64,000 bases of DNA from an uncultured delta proteobacterium (GTDB lineage Bacteria > Desulfobacterota > Syntrophia > Syntrophales > UBA2185), in NCBI GenBank assembly GCA_963695875.1, contig CAVOID010000011.1:192001-256000 (forward strand). Reading direction: 5' to 3'. The translations under genes and the position numbers were made by a program. Positions 60,456-64,000 of this stretch are shown here, in pieces; the stretch's first letter is position 1, and every line of letters begins with the position of its first letter. The notes below the pieces were generated by a model, which had not been told where the DNA came from, did not search any database, and saw only the letters and a program-made list of their open reading frames with translations.

Positions 60456-61627
60456 TCACTTCGGCAGCATCATCTCCACCAGGGTCGCCCAGTAGCTGGC
60501 GCCTATGGGCAGGATCCGGTCGTTGAAATCATACAGGGCCTGGTGCAGAAGGCCGTTTATCCCTTGGCTTCCCGGCGCCGATCCCCATGTACGCCCCGGG
60601 TCGTTCCTTCAGCAAGAAGGCAAAATCCTCTGACGTCATGACCGGCGTAATGTCGGTGATGACCCGATTACTTCCCACGACCGCGGTTGCGGCACGGACT
60701 GCCGCGTCTGTCTCCTTATCCGTATTGACCAGCGTGGGATAGCGCCGCTCGTAGGACACGTCGACGGCAACATCAAAGGATTTGGAAAGACCGGCGCATA
60801 TCTCCCGCATGCGAGATTCCACCCGGTCCTGCGCTGAGGAGAGGAAATGGCGCGTTGTTCCCCGTAGCCTGACTGTATCGGGGATTATATTGTAGGAGGT
60901 GCCGCCATGGATCTCCGTGACACTGACTACTGCCGCCTGCGTGGGATTTACGTCGCGGCTCACGATGCTCTGGAGAAGATTGACTAAATAGGCCGATGCC
61001 AGAATGGGATCCTTCACATTCTGGGGAGTAGCGGCATGACCGCCCTTGCCGGTAATCTGAATGTCAAAGACATCGTATGCTGCCATCATGGGGCCCTTGC
61101 AGATGGCGAAAGTCCCTTCCGGCAGGACGGGAAAGTTGTGCAGGGCGAAGACAGATTGAACCGGAAAAAGGTCGAATAGCCCTTCCCGAACCATTCTTCC
61201 CCCTCCTCCCTCGTTTTCCTCGGCAGGCTGGAAGATGAAGTGAACCGTCCCGCGGAACGTATCATTCCCGGCAAGATACTTCGCCGCCCCTAAAAGCATA
61301 ACCATGTGGCCGTCATGGCCGCAGGCATGCATCTTTCCCTTGTTAAGGGAAGCGTAAGGAAGACCGGTGGCCTCTGTAATATCGAGGGCATCCATATCAG
61401 CCCGGAGGCCTATGGCCGGGGACTTGCCTTCTTCCCCTTTGTATGGTTGCCACGATGCCGGTGCCCGCAAGGCCCCGATGGATATCAAGACCGAAGGAGG
61501 TCAGCTTTTCGGCTATGTAGGCTGATGTCCAATATTCGGAAAAGGCTGTTTCCGGTCGGGCGTGAAGCTCATGACGCCACCGGGTCATTTCCTCGATCAT
61601 TGCCCCGATCTTTTCATGAACCGCCAT
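60456..61627 (-). CDS. M20D amidohydrolase (hippurate hydrolase-like), two +1 frameshifts (~61440, ~60558)
   Basis: RHELHARPE, LRADMDAL, MHACGHDGH, FQPAEE, SEDFA and shifted LHQALYDFND. Confidence 0.9.
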
Positions 61628-62041
61628 CGTCAAGTTCCTCCCTGATTAATGAATGTTTGACACGGACCAAAAAATAAAAATGGATATAAAATTTTAAAGT
61701 GGCACACGATAAACAAATACACTAATGATGTCAAAGGGAAAGTGATAATTTTTGTACTATTTTTTACTTAGAATTTCTATACAGTTGCAGCGGTTAAGCC
61801 TGTAATAATGTTGGAAACTGTTTGGATCTGCCGTCAGTTTTCCTTGCTCAAAATATCCAACCTTAAAAATCATTGACATAATCAGCCCGGATAACTTATA
61901 TTATTTTTACTTTTAGAGCCGGTTTTGGCCATATCCGTATGTCCCCAGAGCTTGGGAAAGGTTGCTGGGGATTTCTTTTGTACCTGATAAAAGCTGATTT
62001 CATAAGAGGCATGGGCCATTGCGGGCGAAGGCAGGTGACGT

Positions 62042-62206
62042 ATGGCAAGGCAAAGTCAAAATAAGTTTATCAAGCGGCAAAAGGAGCTTGAGCGCATGCG
62101 AAAGGCGAAGGAGAAAATGTCGAGGCGACAGGGCAAGAAGGATAAGATGGTTGAGTCCGATGAACCCCTGACATCGGATCAGTCCCCGGAGACCTCAAAT
62201 AATTGA
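62042..62206 (+). CDS. Small basic hypothetical protein (not in the ORF track)
   Basis: MARQSQNKFIKRQKELERMRKAKEKMSRRQ; TTGACA..TATATT promoter at ~61872. Confidence 0.65.
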   Translation: MARQSQNKFIKRQKELERMRKAKEKMSRRQGKKDKMVESDEPLTSDQSPETSNN

Positions 62207-62507
62207 ACACTGAAAATCAATTACTGTTATGAGAAAGAAGGGTCGGAGTTATGACCGGCCCATATATAGAAAAAATACCGGAAAAGCCACTGATGCGATA
62301 TGGTCTCATTTACTCGCTGCTGGTTCAAACTGCTTCAGGGCTCAGGATGGAATCGCGATATCTTTAAAAGATAGCGTCTATCTTCAGTTAATCTCGATTC
62401 AAATCACAAAGGTCCGGCAGTATTTTTTGATCTTCAATATAAGAAATAAATTGTACAAACTAAGAAAAAATCTGGTATAGTACCAAAAATTTAATGAAGG
62501 AGAGGTT

Positions 62508-62807
62508 ATGAACATCTACGTAGGCAATTTGTCTTACACCGTCACGGAAGAAGATTTACGTCAGGCTTTTGAGGCTTTTGGGCAGGTGGCGTCCGCGTCC
62601 ATCATTAAGGACCAGCACAGCGGTCAGTCCAAGGGATTTGGGTTCATCGAGATGCCTGTGGCAGAAGAGGCTCAGGCGGCGATCAGCGGGATGAACGGCA
62701 AGGAGATCAAAGGACGGAAGATGAATGTGAATGAGGCTAGACCCCGCTCCGATGATCGCCGGGGTGGTGGCGGCGGTAGGCGGCCCGGAGGCAGACCGCG
62801 TTATTAG
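62508..62807 (+). CDS. RRM RNA-binding protein with Gly/Arg tail
   Basis: IYVGNL (RNP2), KGFGFIEM (RNP1), VNEARPR. Confidence 0.95.
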   Translation: MNIYVGNLSYTVTEEDLRQAFEAFGQVASASIIKDQHSGQSKGFGFIEMPVAEEAQAAISGMNGKEIKGRKMNVNEARPRSDDRRGGGGGRRPGGRPRY

Positions 62808-62883
62808 CAGGCGGTTGTGCTTATAAAGAAGTGCTGTACCCATAAACGCAGTTAATTTTTATAGCTTGATATATGAAGATACT

Positions 62884-62922
62884 GAGACGGTTCTGATTCC
62901 TCAGAAGAATATAGAACCGTCT
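62884..62922 (+). terminator. Hairpin downstream of the RRM gene
   Basis: gagacggttct..agaaccgtctt stem; weak U tract. Confidence 0.4.
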
Positions 62923-62950
62923 TAGTCATCACCCCAGATTACCTGATGCC

Positions 62951-63409
62951 ATGAATAAGCACCGACATTTATTTATTTTCATTTTACCGGTCATTTTTAT
63001 AACCAGTCTATTTCTGATTTCCTGTATGGAAGGAGGGCAAGTAATTTCCAAGCCCGATGAATTCACACGCGTCTATGAGGCCAGCGAGGATATAATCCTC
63101 AAGGCTTTAGCACAGGTCTTTAAAGAGAAGGGTTTTGGAAATGCATCGATAAATTACGAAAAGAAGCAGGTGGAATCCGATTATCTCATCCAGGATGATT
63201 GGAGAAGCAAAAGCCTCGCACGGGTAAAAAAGATCAACTGGAAAGAATGTGAAGTCGCCCTTTCCGTCAATACGGAAAAAAAGACCTCATCAGGCTGGGA
63301 AATGCGAAGGCTCCTCGAAAAAGAACAGTACGACAAGTTGTTTCTTGCCATTGAGCTTCAGATTTATCAGGAACAATATAAACTCAAAGAAGACAGGAAC
63401 AATCGTTAA
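62951..63409 (+). CDS. Hypothetical lipoprotein
   Basis: LIS-C lipobox. Confidence 0.75.
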   Translation: MNKHRHLFIFILPVIFITSLFLISCMEGGQVISKPDEFTRVYEASEDIILKALAQVFKEKGFGNASINYEKKQVESDYLIQDDWRSKSLARVKKINWKECEVALSVNTEKKTSSGWEMRRLLEKEQYDKLFLAIELQIYQEQYKLKEDRNNR

Positions 63410-63425
63410 CTTTTCTGTATCAAAC

Positions 63426-64000
63426 TCATCTATCACCACACCGTGTTTTGAGTGCGGCAATGTCAGCCGGGGCAAGTTCGATTGAATCTGATTGGTTCAG
63501 CCGGTACATAATCGCCTCGCGGTTATTGTTGTGGATCAGTCCCAGTGCGTGGCCGAATTCGTGAGCGAGTACCCGCACGAGTCTCCCGCCATTATCAAAC
63601 TGATAGATTGTTATCGTCTGCCTGCCGTCCTTGCTGGTATAATTCCCCTCGCAGAACTCAGTACCCAGCCTGGCGCCCTCATCCCGGTAATTAACCACCT
63701 CAAAGTTATAGTTGGATGCAATCTCATTTATAACGACCACCATGCTGTTGATTGTATCAGCCATCCTTTTCATTCCTACCTGTCGCTCTTGTAGATTTTG
63801 GTGAATGGAATTTAATTCATCCTTTTCCTCCATCAGCCGCTTGTAGCTGTGTTCGGAAACTCCGCCCCGTTGATGCCCGGATTGGATGCCGGCATTAAAG
63901 GCACTCACCCGTGCATTGTAGGCGTTAAACTCACTCGCAAGTGCCGCATTTTTTTGTTCATACTCTGATTTCAGATTCTCAAAGTGGAACTTTAAGTCGT
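63426..64000 (-). CDS. Matrixin-family zinc metalloprotease (5' end outside the window)
   Basis: HEFGHALGLIH and AIMY Met-turn. Confidence 0.88.
   Translation of the reverse strand, partial: DLKFHFENLKSEYEQKNAALASEFNAYNARVSAFNAGIQSGHQRGGVSEHSYKRLMEEKDELNSIHQNLQERQVGMKRMADTINSMVVVINEIASNYNFEVVNYRDEGARLGTEFCEGNYTSKDGRQTITIYQFDNGGRLVRVLAHEFGHALGLIHNNNREAIMYRLNQSDSIELAPADIAALKTRCGDR

Noticed and set aside
1..64000. Numerous overlapping antisense ORFs in the track (e.g. 832-1452, 15021-15677, 53716-54483)
   Set aside because: Shadow frames of well-supported genes, with no motifs or RBS.

Overview
A 64 kb bacterial window. Gene content and repeat families suggest an anaerobic Desulfobacterota/Syntrophales-like organism, but that is an inference. 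Housekeeping-type genes sit at both ends: RNB ribonuclease and CoA-transferase on the left; TIGR01777, DUF523/1722, AmiE-NamZ, TPR, M20 amidohydrolase, RRM and matrixin on the right. Between them is a ~49 kb accessory region (about 3.3-52.7 kb) with five components. (1) A ~20 kb B12-dependent diol-dehydratase microcompartment locus (pdu-like) next to a PocR-PAS kinase and NarL-type regulator, with no pduL/Q/W/F. (2) Small redox and stress genes. (3) A family of stand-alone cNMP-binding and Cache domain proteins. (4) A class III PHA locus with an extra PhaC-like enzyme. (5) IS110/IS1111, IS3 and many IS remnants plus an AT-rich ORFan stretch. The most striking unannotated signal is a 49-bp fixed-spacing imperfect palindrome, CTTCC-TGAAATGTTG-N24-CAACATTTCA. 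It occurs 8 times, all within the accessory region, brackets both the pdu and pha loci as direct repeats, and has flanks shuffled between copies, which is consistent with an undescribed cassette recombination site. Several genes are split by single-base insertions that are probably sequencing errors.
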